A stretch of 64,000 nucleotides of DNA from a bacterium (GCA_030649135.1 JAUSGI010000008.1:96001-160000), one strand, 5' to 3'. Positions 37,397 through 47,120 are shown, counted from the stretch's first letter. Program-made: numbers and translations. Notes: generated by a model from the letters alone, not told the origin.

Positions 37397-38901
37397 ACCC
37401 ACTCGCCAACATTATAAGGAGCATGGTCAACCCTTTGCCGGAAGACGTTGTCACCGTCAAGAAGGCCTTTACCTTCGCTCTCCGCGCTCACCAAGGGCAC
37501 GAGAGACTATCCGGGGAACCTTATTTAAAACATCTGTCCGAAACGGCACTGATACTGGCAGAGCTGGGCGCGGGAGGGCCAACGATTGCAGCTGGATTAC
37601 TTCACGATACGATAGAAGATGTTGGGGTTAAAAGAGAGGAAATTGTATCTGAATTTGGAGAAGAAGTCGCTTTCTTGGTTGACGGTGTTACCAAGCTCGG
37701 ACATCTTAAATATAAAGGTGTTAACCGACACAACGAGAGCTTGCGTAAATTATTCGTAGCCATGTCGGAAGATATCAGAGTGCTTCTCATCAAGCTCGCG
37801 GACCGCCTACATAATATGAGAACGCTCTCTCATGTGCCGAAAGAAAAACAAAAAAGGATAGCGGCGGAGACACTCGAAATCTACGCCCCCATCGCCTACC
37901 GACTGGGTATCAGAAAGATTAATCGCGAGCTTGAAGACTTATCCTTCCCTTACGTATATCCCAAGGAATACGAAGAGATGCGAAAAATGCTCAAAGAACG
38001 ACACTCGGATAGAGTAGAGAGTTTAGAAAAATTTTCACACTCTGTTCAGAAGGCGCTGGCCAAAGAAGGTTTAACCAAAGCCAAGACAGAGTATCGGGTA
38101 AAGGGACTCTATAGTCTATACAAAAAATATCTTAGATATGATAAAGACCTGGAAAAGATCTATGACGTGAGCGCCATGCGTATCCTAGTGGACTCTATAG
38201 CAGATTGTTATCGAGTGCTGGGAGTGATACATGGACGCTGGAGACCTTTACCGCGTCGTATCAAAGATTACATCGCTTTCCCCAAACCGAATGGCTATCA
38301 GGCCCTACATACAACTATCTTCATTGGAGACGGCAATATTGTGGAAGTCCAGATTAAAACTCACGAGATGTATCGGTATTCCGAATACGGTATCGCTTCC
38401 CACCTTTACTATAAAGAAAACGGTCGCAATAAAAATGTCTTGGCCTGGGTCTATGCCCTTTTGCCAAAATCTAAAAAAGCAAACGGCACAGGTACTGTTA
38501 AAAGTAAGGATGTGCCCAAATGGATATCGGAGTTGGCCACATATGAAGAGCCCTCCCAAAATCAACGGCTCTTCCGAGAAAGGCTCACAAGCGACTTTTT
38601 CAGCCAAAGAATATTTGTTTTCTCCCCGAAGGGCGACGTGGTGGACTTGCCTATTGACTCAACCCCCATCGACTTTGCCTATTCGATACATTCCGACATC
38701 GGAGACCGCATGACGGGCAGCAAAGTGAATGGCAAGTTGGTCTCACTTGACACCAAGCTTCACAATGGAGATATAGTTTTCATCATGACTAGCGAATCGG
38801 CTAAACCTAATCGCAAATGGCTTGAGATGACCAAAACCTCAATGGCTCGCCGCCATATCCGACATCAACTTGGGAAACTTAGGAAACCTGACCGCGCTTA
38901 G
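37357..38901 (+). CDS. rel: bifunctional (p)ppGpp synthetase/hydrolase, Rel/SpoT family, short form (HD + synthetase + TGS, no ACT)
   Basis: HD motif LLHDTIED, synthetase YQALHTTI..., TGS. The start may be the internal MVNPLPED (37423). Confidence 0.9.
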   Translation: MSQSQPTQNQSDLDPLANIIRSMVNPLPEDVVTVKKAFTFALRAHQGHERLSGEPYLKHLSETALILAELGAGGPTIAAGLLHDTIEDVGVKREEIVSEFGEEVAFLVDGVTKLGHLKYKGVNRHNESLRKLFVAMSEDIRVLLIKLADRLHNMRTLSHVPKEKQKRIAAETLEIYAPIAYRLGIRKINRELEDLSFPYVYPKEYEEMRKMLKERHSDRVESLEKFSHSVQKALAKEGLTKAKTEYRVKGLYSLYKKYLRYDKDLEKIYDVSAMRILVDSIADCYRVLGVIHGRWRPLPRRIKDYIAFPKPNGYQALHTTIFIGDGNIVEVQIKTHEMYRYSEYGIASHLYYKENGRNKNVLAWVYALLPKSKKANGTGTVKSKDVPKWISELATYEEPSQNQRLFRERLTSDFFSQRIFVFSPKGDVVDLPIDSTPIDFAYSIHSDIGDRMTGSKVNGKLVSLDTKLHNGDIVFIMTSESAKPNRKWLEMTKTSMARRHIRHQLGKLRKPDRA

Positions 38902-39860
38902 ATACTGAAATTGGCGACAGAATAGAGAGACTCGTCGTCTTCGGATTTTACTGGCTCGTCCTCTGCGAGAATTTTGTCCTCCTCTGTCAGAGCTGGAACG
39001 TCTGCTATAGACATGTTTACTTCATGTGAGTTTTTAAATTCTTTATCCACAATAATTCTTTCAAGTAGAGCTCGTAGGTCATCTTTATTGAAAAAGTCTA
39101 TCGTCACTCGCCCGCCTTCTTCCTTCTTTTCTATTCTCACTCGAGTACCCAATTTCTCTTTAAACAAGCCCTCGATATCTATAAGTTCTTGGTCGATCAA
39201 CTTGCGGGCACGCTCGACCGCAATGTGACGTGCGATACCTTCCGCCTCCCTGACGTTGAGTTTTTTGAAAATAATTTCTTTGAAAAGCGTTTCTTGCTCC
39301 TGTGGCCTGTCGGTAAGCATCATGAGTGGCCGGGTATGGCCCTCGCTAATCTTATTTTCCGATAGAGCGTTAATAATATATTCCGGCAAAGAAAGAATGC
39401 GCAGAGAGTTTGAGACAAACTCACGACTCTTCCCTACTTTCTTGCCGATCTCGTGATGCTTGAACTTAAATTCTTTCGACAGGCGGTCGAAAGCGCGGGC
39501 ACGGTCAACGGGACTAAGGTCCTCGCGCTGAATGTTTTCGATGATAGCGAGCTCAAGTTTCATTAGGTCAGTTTCCTCACCATCGCGAATGAGTACTGGT
39601 ACTTGCGCGAGGCCAGCTAGGCGAGCGGCGCGGAGGCGCCGCTCGCCGGCCACCAATTCATATTCCACACCAATCCCCCCCTCCTCCTTTTCCACTTCTT
39701 TACGCGTCACCACAAGAGCCTGAAGCACGCCATATTGGCGGATGGAATCCGCCAAACTCTTGAGCTGAACTTCATCGAAGTCACGGCGGGGCTGGTATGG
39801 GTTCGGCTTAATTTTATCCACCTCTATCCAGAAAATAGAGTCGTTATAGAATCGGGACAT
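38898..39860 (-). CDS. parB: ParB/Spo0J-like partition protein with C-terminal extension
   Basis: LVAGERRLRAARLAGL, LIENIQRE motifs. Confidence 0.85.
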   Translation of the reverse strand: MSRFYNDSIFWIEVDKIKPNPYQPRRDFDEVQLKSLADSIRQYGVLQALVVTRKEVEKEEGGIGVEYELVAGERRLRAARLAGLAQVPVLIRDGEETDLMKLELAIIENIQREDLSPVDRARAFDRLSKEFKFKHHEIGKKVGKSREFVSNSLRILSLPEYIINALSENKISEGHTRPLMMLTDRPQEQETLFKEIIFKKLNVREAEGIARHIAVERARKLIDQELIDIEGLFKEKLGTRVRIEKKEEGGRVTIDFFNKDDLRALLERIIVDKEFKNSHEVNMSIADVPALTEEDKILAEDEPVKSEDDESLYSVANFSI

Positions 39861-39903
39861 GCAAATATTATATCAAATGTTTTTATGCTATTCTATGGTA
39901 GAC

Positions 39904-39986
39904 GCTGGAGTGATGGAATGGCAGACATGCAGCACTCAAAATGCTGTGGGCGCAAGCCCGTGTGGGTTCAAGTCCCACCTCCAGCA
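39904..39986 (+). tRNA. tRNA-Leu(CAA), type II, no encoded CCA
   Basis: Acceptor GCTGGAG/CTCCAGC, anticodon stem CAGCA/TGCTG, loop CTCAAAA, variable arm TGGGCGCAAGCCCGTG, T-loop TTCAAGT, discriminator A. Confidence 0.85.
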
Positions 39987-39987
39987 C

Positions 39988-40566
39988 ATGCTAAATCTTA
40001 CCGATAAAACTTTGGTGGCATATGTTATTGGTATCGCTCTTGGCGATGGAAATCTTTCTAATCCGAATGGACGTGCAGTTAGATTAAGAATAACCTGTGA
40101 CTCTAAATATCCCTTTTTGATTTCTAAGATTGAACAGTCATTAAAGAAATTGGCCCCTAAAAATAAAGTCTCTCGAATCAATAGAGGAGATAATGCCATA
40201 GATGTCAGCTGCTATTCAAATCAATGGGAGCAATTACTCGGTTGGAAGGCCTACGGTGGCTCAAAAATAAGACAATCGGTTCGCATACCTAGTTGGATAT
40301 TTAGAAATAAAAAACTTTGTCAGGCTTGTTTGTGCGGACTATGGGAGACCGATGGTTCGGTTTACAAAGACAGAAAATATATAACAGCAAATTTTGTGAC
40401 TCAGATTCCAAGCCTCGCACAAGGTGTGGCGAAGATGATTCTTAAAACCCGCTACAAGGCTTCTATACAAAAATTGGTCTTATCTGATAACAGAGAAAAA
40501 TTTACTTTCAGAATTCATAGAAATGCTTCTCAGTTTATTAAAGAAATGTCTATAGAGAAAAGGTGA
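39988..40566 (+). CDS. LAGLIDADG-family homing endonuclease (double-motif)
   Basis: Two LAGLIDADG motifs: LVAYVIGIALGDGNL and LCGLWETDGSV. The ATG begins 1 nt after the tRNA-Leu discriminator. The upstream in-frame extension reads through the tRNA and is rejected. Confidence 0.85.
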   Translation: MLNLTDKTLVAYVIGIALGDGNLSNPNGRAVRLRITCDSKYPFLISKIEQSLKKLAPKNKVSRINRGDNAIDVSCYSNQWEQLLGWKAYGGSKIRQSVRIPSWIFRNKKLCQACLCGLWETDGSVYKDRKYITANFVTQIPSLAQGVAKMILKTRYKASIQKLVLSDNREKFTFRIHRNASQFIKEMSIEKR

Positions 40567-40704
40567 TACAGCAAGCGTCCATCATAGAATGTGGATTCTC
40601 TCTCCCGGCACCCATAATTGACTTCCTATCAGTGTGATATAAAATTCGTGTTAAACAGTACAAACGCGACTTATCAGATAGAACCAAGGGAGGAGGTGAA
40701 GGAC

Positions 40705-41094
40705 ATGACACCAGGCGATAAACTGCAGTTATGCCAGCAGGTTGGGGAGTGCCTCCGAAACTCTCCGGTAAAAGATTCTCTCACGAAGCGCTGGGAGAAT
40801 CAGCTCTTCGCGAGGCATCTAGAGTATCCGGAGCGAAGTCCCCAAATCTGCACGACGGTGCAGTTGGAAATCGGACCTACAACCGGCTGGTTTACACTTG
40901 AGCAGACGGGTGGTGGTTTCTTGGCGCACATCTGGGCGCCAGGCGCCCGAGAGTCCAAGGAGGTCGAGAAGGAGGCACGCGATCTCGGTGACCATCTGTT
41001 GTCGGTCCTTCCTGCCTCATGCGTTCGAGTCCGTTTTGCCAAACCGCACGAGTTCCTCTCTCGTAAAGGGTGGTCAATCCACAACGGCAACTAG
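40705..41094 (+). CDS. hypothetical protein (129 aa), GC-richer orphan
   Basis: Strong SD GGGAGGAGGTGaaggacATG, upstream TTGACT-N16-TAAAAT, strong terminator; no recognisable domain. Confidence 0.6.
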   Translation: MTPGDKLQLCQQVGECLRNSPVKDSLTKRWENQLFARHLEYPERSPQICTTVQLEIGPTTGWFTLEQTGGGFLAHIWAPGARESKEVEKEARDLGDHLLSVLPASCVRVRFAKPHEFLSRKGWSIHNGN

Positions 41095-41115
41095 GTATAG
41101 ACGGGCAATCATCCC

Positions 41116-41157
41116 GGGCCTCTCCGACACCGCTGTCGGAGAGGCCCTCTTCTTTTT
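41116..41157 (+). terminator. strong rho-independent terminator (14-bp stem + T-run)
   Basis: GGGCCTCTCCGACA-ccgc-TGTCGGAGAGGCCC followed by TCTTCTTTTTT. Confidence 0.85.
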
Positions 41158-41198
41158 TAAATTTATTTTCATAAATGGTTAGTTTTTACTGCATGTGC

Positions 41199-41228
41199 TT
41201 GACTTTTAGCATATATCTATTGTATAAT
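41199..41228 (+). promoter_or_regulatory. sigma70-like promoter TTGACT-N18-(TG)TATAAT
   Basis: Sequence match; 45 nt upstream of the SD AAGGAGGG. Confidence 0.45.
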
Positions 41229-41273
41229 CTAAGCAGAAAATAAAACGATCTTAGCCCAGGGCCCAAGGAGGGC

Positions 41274-41729
41274 ATGATGCACAAGTCACTAGTTTTCGCA
41301 TGGATATGTGTGATCTGTTGGTCATTCCTTCCGAATATTTTGGAACGGAAGCTGGATGGTTTCCACCCTGCGTCGATCCTCGTCCTCGTCTACTCCGTGA
41401 TGCTCTCGCTCGCCTTTGTACGACTGGGACACGTAAAGTACATGGGAGAGCCGGTGCACTTCCCGACGGGCATCTTCCTTACCATCGCTGTCGGTACTGC
41501 CTTCCTCTGGTTTGTGGGTGACTACTCGTATACCAGCGCATTCTTGAGCCAGGGTAGCCTGGTCGCGATCATGACTATTTTGGCTTTATCACCCATCGGT
41601 GCAACCCTCGTGAAGATGGTTTGGGCAGGGGAGCTCCCGAACCGTTATCACATCGTGGCGTATGTGGCAGTCCTCATAGCAATCTACTTCACGGCGAAAG
41701 GTAATACCATCGCCAACTCAGTCCCCTGA
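41274..41729 (+). CDS. hypothetical 4-TM membrane protein
   Basis: SD AAGGAGGGcATG; hydrophobic 151 aa. Confidence 0.55.
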   Translation: MMHKSLVFAWICVICWSFLPNILERKLDGFHPASILVLVYSVMLSLAFVRLGHVKYMGEPVHFPTGIFLTIAVGTAFLWFVGDYSYTSAFLSQGSLVAIMTILALSPIGATLVKMVWAGELPNRYHIVAYVAVLIAIYFTAKGNTIANSVP

Positions 41730-41841
41730 AATAGACATTGCGAGTTCAAGCCTCGCATGGGAAAGCTCAACACAGCTTACCGTGCGGGGCTTTCTTATTT
41801 TCATAACATACTCTGTATATTTGCAATGTATAATAAGATGA

Positions 41842-44553
41842 ATGGAAACCAAGTGGCATACACTAGAGCTTTCGGAAATATTTGAGATATTGAAGTCTAG
41901 TGAGCACGGACTCTCAAGCGTAGAGGCGGATCGGCGGCTTGACGAGAACGGACCGAATAAATTACCGGATTCGAAAGCAGATAGCATCGCGTTTATTTTC
42001 CTGCGCCAATTTCGAAGTCCCTTGATTTATATCCTCCTCGCGGCCGCCCTGACGGTTTTTGTCATGGGGGAAACAGTCAACAGTATCGTTATTATGGCGG
42101 TGCTTATTGTTAATGCAGTTATCGGCTCCATCCAGGAGGGACGGGCCCGCAGTACCATACTTGCCCTGAAGCAATTCGTGGAGACAAAAGCGGTTATTCT
42201 GCGAGACGGCAAAGAAGTGATTGCCCCCGATACGCAAGTAGTAGTCGGGGATATCATCTTACTCCAAGAGGGCGACAGAATAGCCGCCGATGCAAGGTTG
42301 ATAGTCGCCCGGAATCTAAAAATCGACGAATCCTCTTTGACCGGAGAGTCCGAGGCGGTGCACAAGACAAGTGACACTCTGGTCAAGCCAGACTTGGCGA
42401 TGATAGGGGAAAGCAATATGGTCTTCAAAGGCACCCACATTGTCCTGGGCAATGGCAAAGCAGTTGTGGTAAAAACCGGAGTGGAAACAGTCATCGGTAA
42501 AATTGCCAAAGAGGTTCTAACTATCGAGACAGAAATTCCACTTCAGACCAATATCCGTTATCTCTCCAGAATAATTATCGCAATTGCTATTGGCGTCAGC
42601 ACCGCCATCTTTATCCTTGGCAGCTTTTCCGGTCAATCTACACGAGAAATGTTTTCTCTTGTCGTTTCCATGCTCGTCTCCGTCATACCGGAAGACTTGC
42701 CTATTGCCATCACTATAATTTTAGCCGCCGGCGTCTGGAGAATGAGTAAGAGAAATGCTCTGGTCAAGCGCCTGCAGGCGGTCGAGGCGCTTGGAGAAGC
42801 CCGAGTCATCGCGGTAGATAAGACCGGCACTATTACCAAAAACGAGATGATGGTCCAGACTATCTATGTGGATGGTAAAACTTTCGAGGTCGGAGGCATC
42901 GGGTATGAACCTAAGGGAGATATCAAACTGGAAAATCGGATTATAGACCCGCCCAATCATCCGGAACTTTTGCTAGTCGGCAAAATGGCCGCTTTTTGCG
43001 CCAATGCTCGGGTCATGTTTCTGGAAAAGACCAAGGAGTGGAAAATCTCCGGCGATCCGACGGAAGCGGCCATGTTGGTAGTGGCAGAAAAACTTGGATT
43101 TAATAAAGATGATTTGGAACGTGAGTCCCCGCTCATATCGGAAATTCCTTTCGACTATAAATTGAAATATCACGTGACCGTTCACAAAGACAATAACCAA
43201 AACTTTACAACAATCGTGGGGGCGCCGGAAACTATCTTGGGAATCTCGAGCAAAGTCTGGCGTAACGGGCAGGCAGAGCAACTCTTACCGGAGGAGAAAG
43301 ATGAATTGGTATCCATTTTTTCCGGTATTTCGAAGAGGGGGCTTAGAGTTATCGCGCTTGCCTTAAGCCCACAGGTGTCAGAAAATGTTAATCAAACAGA
43401 TATTAAACATCTCACTTTTGTCGGGTTCTTGGGCCTAAAGGATGCCTTACGTCTGGAAGTTAAGGAAGCCACCAAACGCGCGATCTCGGCCGGCATCAGG
43501 GTGGTGATGATTACCGGTGACCACCAAAATACTGCGGAAACCATAGCGAAAGAAGCCGGTATCTACAGGACCGGTGATATCAGTTTGACGGGCGCAGAAA
43601 TTGATAATCTGTCGGATACCATGCTTAAAGAGCGCCTGACCAAAACTTCTGTCTTTGCCAGAGTAACGCCGGAGCACAAGCTCCGCATTATCAATGCCTA
43701 CAAATCGAGAGGAGAGATTGTCGCGATGACGGGTGACGGAGTAAACGACGCGCCGTCTCTAGTGGCGGCAGACCTCGGAGTGGCGATGGGCAGAGTCGGC
43801 ACCGAGGTGGCCAAAGAAGCTTCCGATATCATACTCTTGGACGATAACTTCGGCAGTATCATTTCCGCCATTGAGGAGGGCAGGAGTATTTATAAAACTA
43901 TTAAAAAAGTTGTTCTATATCTATTATCCACCAGTCTCGGAGAGATTTTTGTTATTGCCGGAGCCATCATCGTTGGGCTCCCCCTACCGCTTTTGCCAAC
44001 ACAAATTATCTGGCTGAACTTCGTCACTGACGGATTTTTCACCTTGGCGCTCGCCATGGAACCGAGGGAGGAGGGACTATTGCGCGGCAATTTTGAGAAG
44101 CCGAAAAAATATTTGGTTGATGCCCTCATGGGACGGCGGATGATTGTCATGGCGCTCCCGATGACGATAGCGACGCTCGTGCTGTTTCAAAATTACTTCA
44201 ATACTGACTTGGCAAAAGCCTGGACAATTTCCCTCACCCTCCTGGCAGTATTCCAATGGTTCAATGCTTGGAATTGCCGCTCCGAGAGCGAGTCTATCTT
44301 CCAGACTAACCCCTTTGAAAATAAGTTCATGGTATTTGCCACCTTGGCGGCCTTTTCCTTCCAGTTGCTGGCTGTTTATAATCCCCTGTTCCAAAAATTC
44401 TTACATACTGCGCCGCTTGCGCTTTCCGACTGGTTGGTTATCATTGCCCTTGCTACTTCTATTGTCTTGGTGGAAGAAGTTAGAAAATTTTTATGGCGCA
44501 ACAAAAAGTCCTCGTTATCCTTGGCCCTACCGCTTCAGGCAAGTCAGATTTAG
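41842..44553 (+). CDS. P-type cation-transporting ATPase (Ca2+/Mg2+ type IIA/IIIB-like)
   Basis: DKTGTITKN phosphorylation motif, TGDGVNDAP, TGES; 10 TM; 903 aa. Confidence 0.95.
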   Translation: METKWHTLELSEIFEILKSSEHGLSSVEADRRLDENGPNKLPDSKADSIAFIFLRQFRSPLIYILLAAALTVFVMGETVNSIVIMAVLIVNAVIGSIQEGRARSTILALKQFVETKAVILRDGKEVIAPDTQVVVGDIILLQEGDRIAADARLIVARNLKIDESSLTGESEAVHKTSDTLVKPDLAMIGESNMVFKGTHIVLGNGKAVVVKTGVETVIGKIAKEVLTIETEIPLQTNIRYLSRIIIAIAIGVSTAIFILGSFSGQSTREMFSLVVSMLVSVIPEDLPIAITIILAAGVWRMSKRNALVKRLQAVEALGEARVIAVDKTGTITKNEMMVQTIYVDGKTFEVGGIGYEPKGDIKLENRIIDPPNHPELLLVGKMAAFCANARVMFLEKTKEWKISGDPTEAAMLVVAEKLGFNKDDLERESPLISEIPFDYKLKYHVTVHKDNNQNFTTIVGAPETILGISSKVWRNGQAEQLLPEEKDELVSIFSGISKRGLRVIALALSPQVSENVNQTDIKHLTFVGFLGLKDALRLEVKEATKRAISAGIRVVMITGDHQNTAETIAKEAGIYRTGDISLTGAEIDNLSDTMLKERLTKTSVFARVTPEHKLRIINAYKSRGEIVAMTGDGVNDAPSLVAADLGVAMGRVGTEVAKEASDIILLDDNFGSIISAIEEGRSIYKTIKKVVLYLLSTSLGEIFVIAGAIIVGLPLPLLPTQIIWLNFVTDGFFTLALAMEPREEGLLRGNFEKPKKYLVDALMGRRMIVMALPMTIATLVLFQNYFNTDLAKAWTISLTLLAVFQWFNAWNCRSESESIFQTNPFENKFMVFATLAAFSFQLLAVYNPLFQKFLHTAPLALSDWLVIIALATSIVLVEEVRKFLWRNKKSSLSLALPLQASQI

Positions 44554-45383
44554 CCGTTCGATTAGCCAAGAGATTCGGGGGAGAAATAATCTCTGCCGAT
44601 TCGCGACAAGTATATAAGGGTCTTGATATCGGCACCGGCAAGATTACCAAGCAGGAAATGCGGGGAGTCCCCCATCATCTGCTGGATGTGGTAAATCCTC
44701 GAAAACAATTCTCGGCATCGAAATACAAAAAACTAGCTGATGAAAAAGTACGATATATCGCACAAAAGCATAAGTTACCCATTGTGGTAGGAGGGACGGG
44801 GTTTTATATTGATGCCTTGACAGGCAGAGCTAATTTTCCGGAGGTGGGACCCAATCTTCTATTACGCAAGAAGCTGGAGAAAAAAACTGCGTCTGAACTT
44901 TTCCGAATGTTAAATAAAAAGGACCCCCGGAGAGCTGGAGCAATTGATTTGAGAAATAAAGTACGTGTGATACGGGCATTGGAAATTGTCGAGGCTCTGG
45001 GCAAGGTGCCCCAAGCTAGCCCCAAGCCCCTAGAACCTAGCCCCTTTATCTACATCGGCCTCAAACCGGATAATCTTGACGGGAGAATTCATAAGAGACT
45101 AATAGAGAGGCTTGATGGGATGATTCGCGAGGGCAAAAAACTCCACACTCAAGGACTCACCTACAAGCGCATGCACCAGCTCGGGCTGGAATATAGATAT
45201 GTTGGTATGTACCTACAAGGCAAGCTCTCACGGGAAGAAATGGTTGATAAGTTATATATTGAAATAAAACGTTACGCCAAGCGCCAAATGACTTGGTTCA
45301 AACGCAATAAAAAGATTAGGTGGTTTAAACCGGAGGAATACAAAAAGATAGAAAGATTAGTAAATGTTCAGCTAAACACCTAA
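44493..45383 (+). CDS. miaA: tRNA dimethylallyltransferase
   Basis: VLVILGPTASGKSDLAVRLA..., ISADSRQVYKGLDIGT. Confidence 0.9.
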   Translation: MAQQKVLVILGPTASGKSDLAVRLAKRFGGEIISADSRQVYKGLDIGTGKITKQEMRGVPHHLLDVVNPRKQFSASKYKKLADEKVRYIAQKHKLPIVVGGTGFYIDALTGRANFPEVGPNLLLRKKLEKKTASELFRMLNKKDPRRAGAIDLRNKVRVIRALEIVEALGKVPQASPKPLEPSPFIYIGLKPDNLDGRIHKRLIERLDGMIREGKKLHTQGLTYKRMHQLGLEYRYVGMYLQGKLSREEMVDKLYIEIKRYAKRQMTWFKRNKKIRWFKPEEYKKIERLVNVQLNT

Positions 45384-45776
45384 AAACTTTCGAATTTCAG
45401 CTATGGCTAGCATGTCATGGTCAATCATCTGGAGATTTCCTAAATCATCAAACTTCCGCCAACTCTTGCCTTGACCCTCATGCTGTATAAGCGGCTGTGA
45501 AGAATCGTATTCCTCAACAAAAACGTACTTGATATTTTCATCTTCCTTCCAATTAAATTTCTGAACTAACACCCGAACTGGCTTAGATACTTTATATTCT
45601 AGTTCTTCAAAAATTTCTCGCTCTAAAGCCGCCTCTGGAGTTTCCCCTTTCTCTATCCCTCCCCCAAAGAAACCCCAGTAGTTAGGAAGTCTTTTCGCAT
45701 CCTCGTCTCTATGTTGAAGAAGGATTTCCTTATCCTTATTGTATAAGGCCAATACTGAAATATTTCTTACTGCCAT
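45372..45776 (-). CDS. NUDIX hydrolase
   Basis: Nudix box GGGIEKGETPEAALEREIFEELE. Confidence 0.8.
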   Translation of the reverse strand: MAVRNISVLALYNKDKEILLQHRDEDAKRLPNYWGFFGGGIEKGETPEAALEREIFEELEYKVSKPVRVLVQKFNWKEDENIKYVFVEEYDSSQPLIQHEGQGKSWRKFDDLGNLQMIDHDMLAIAEIRKFLGV

Positions 45777-45779
45777 ATG

Positions 45780-45850
45780 CGGGCGATCGAGGAATCGAAC
45801 CTCGGATAGCAGATTTGGAGGCCGCAGTTATACCACTTAACTAATCGCCC
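45780..45850 (-). tRNA. tRNA-Trp(CCA), no encoded CCA
   Basis: Acceptor GGGCGAT/ATCGCCC, D-stem GTTA/TAAC, loop CTCCAAA, T-loop TTCGATT, discriminator G. One mismatch at the base of the anticodon stem. Confidence 0.75.
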
Positions 45851-45873
45851 TTCGAGGGCTATATTAGCACAGA

Positions 45874-46047
45874 CTAAGCTTTCTTCTCCTTATAAACCGT
45901 GTGTTTGCGGACGATGGGGTTATATTTTTTAAACTCGAGTTTACGCTCTACGGATTTGCGATTTTTGCGAGAATAATAGGTGTGGCCTTTGCCGGCACCC
46001 TTTTCGTCCCCTACCGAGACTAGCTTGATGAGATGATTCTGCGACAT
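45874..46047 (-). CDS. rpmG: 50S ribosomal protein L33
   Basis: Hand translation: MSQNHLIKLVSVGDEKGAGKGHTYYSRKNRKSVERKLEFKKYNPIVRKHTVYKEKKA. It is 57 aa, below the ORF-track cutoff. The rpmG/tRNA-Trp adjacency is classic. Confidence 0.85.
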   Translation of the reverse strand: MSQNHLIKLVSVGDEKGAGKGHTYYSRKNRKSVERKLEFKKYNPIVRKHTVYKEKKA

Positions 46048-46230
46048 ACTAGACGGCTATTCGGCAATATAAACCTCTGACCCTTCTTTGGCTGGTTGAC
46101 AGCCACAGAAAGCTTGTCGTACCAGTGCATCACCTTGCCAATCGGATTGTCTTTTGACATGACAATATATGTTACACCATTTATTAGATTTTGCAACTGT
46201 CTATAGTGACGATTATGGTATACTTGTAGA

Positions 46231-46515
46231 ATGCTTACTCCTCAATATTTTGTTCGTGGTTTGACACTGGGTATCGGACTAATCTATCTGATCATTGGGA
46301 TAGCGAGTTTGCCGTTTACTCTTATGGCAGTAGATCCCTCGCCGGATGGTTGGCCGGCTTTTCGTCCGTCAGTTCATCCAATAATACTAGTGCTATTCAC
46401 ATTGTCATTTATTTCAGCTTCAATAATCTTAATCAGACCGAGTTCCCCATCTAGACTTCGTCGGATATCTTTCTATCTCCCGTTAATAATTACTATCCTG
46501 ATGTTATGGAAATAA
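46231..46515 (+). CDS. hypothetical small membrane protein
   Basis: 94 aa, 3 TM. Confidence 0.4.
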   Translation: MLTPQYFVRGLTLGIGLIYLIIGIASLPFTLMAVDPSPDGWPAFRPSVHPIILVLFTLSFISASIILIRPSSPSRLRRISFYLPLIITILMLWK

Positions 46516-46684
46516 CTTTGGACCAGCTAGCTTGCCTTAGGCAGATTTTTTAATTAACTTAAAAACAAAAGACGCCCACCCCGCCTCCAGCACGATGCTG
46601 AGGGGAAATGAACGAAATCAATATAAAAGTAATTAGTGTGCCTGGCCGGGGTCTCTCGCGACTCTTCCAGATTCGTCCCTTTAA

Positions 46685-47104
46685 CTATGCCTCCGGAGTC
46701 TTGATTGGTACTGGTAAGCCAAACTTTCTGTGATAGTCGAGGTCTTCAGCTTCGTAATCGAAAGTTAACTCTTCTCCTTCCGGAATATCATGGGCGGCAA
46801 TATCAGAATAAATTCCATTTTCTAGAGAACCATTTGTAATGTTTGGTTCTTTCGAGTGATTGACAAATCGAGCATCATCAAAACATAGAATGTAAATGTC
46901 TGGCTTTTCTTTATCAATATAAGAATAGTTTAGAATTTGCTCGCGACTATATTCAGAGAGGGCAACTAGATCTTCTTTCTTCAACTCTAAATCAAGGCCT
47001 GGAGTAAACTTCCAAGTAGGCGTGCCCTTTTTGACGAACTCCGCAGCAAATAATCCAATACCGTTAATTTTACTTGGACCAATTCTTGTTTTAACGAGTA
47101 GCAT
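46685..47104 (-). CDS. SET-domain protein (putative lysine methyltransferase)
   Basis: GIGLFAAEFVKKG, ARFVNHSKEPN (the NHSC-type motif) and C-terminal Y. Start at MLLVK, because the upstream in-frame extension reads through tRNA-Tyr. Confidence 0.72.
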   Translation of the reverse strand: MLLVKTRIGPSKINGIGLFAAEFVKKGTPTWKFTPGLDLELKKEDLVALSEYSREQILNYSYIDKEKPDIYILCFDDARFVNHSKEPNITNGSLENGIYSDIAAHDIPEGEELTFDYEAEDLDYHRKFGLPVPIKTPEA

Positions 47105-47120
47105 ATAACATATTTTATAC

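Noticed and set aside
39859-39987. Upstream in-frame extension of the LAGLIDADG ORF
   Set aside because: It is a translation of tRNA-Leu(CAA). The endonuclease motif spacing fits a start at 39988.
46024-46160. 45-aa minus-strand ORF (MSKDNPIGKVMHWYDKLSVAVNQ...) overlapping the rpmG start
   Set aside because: Too short, overlaps a ribosomal protein gene out of frame, no SD. Possibly a relic.
46516-46684. Possible small RNA or terminator in the 170-nt spacer downstream of the SET gene
   Set aside because: Only weak, imperfect hairpins (CCTCCAGCA...TGCTGAGG) without a properly placed T-run. Nothing resembling the conserved cores of tmRNA, RNase P or SRP RNA.
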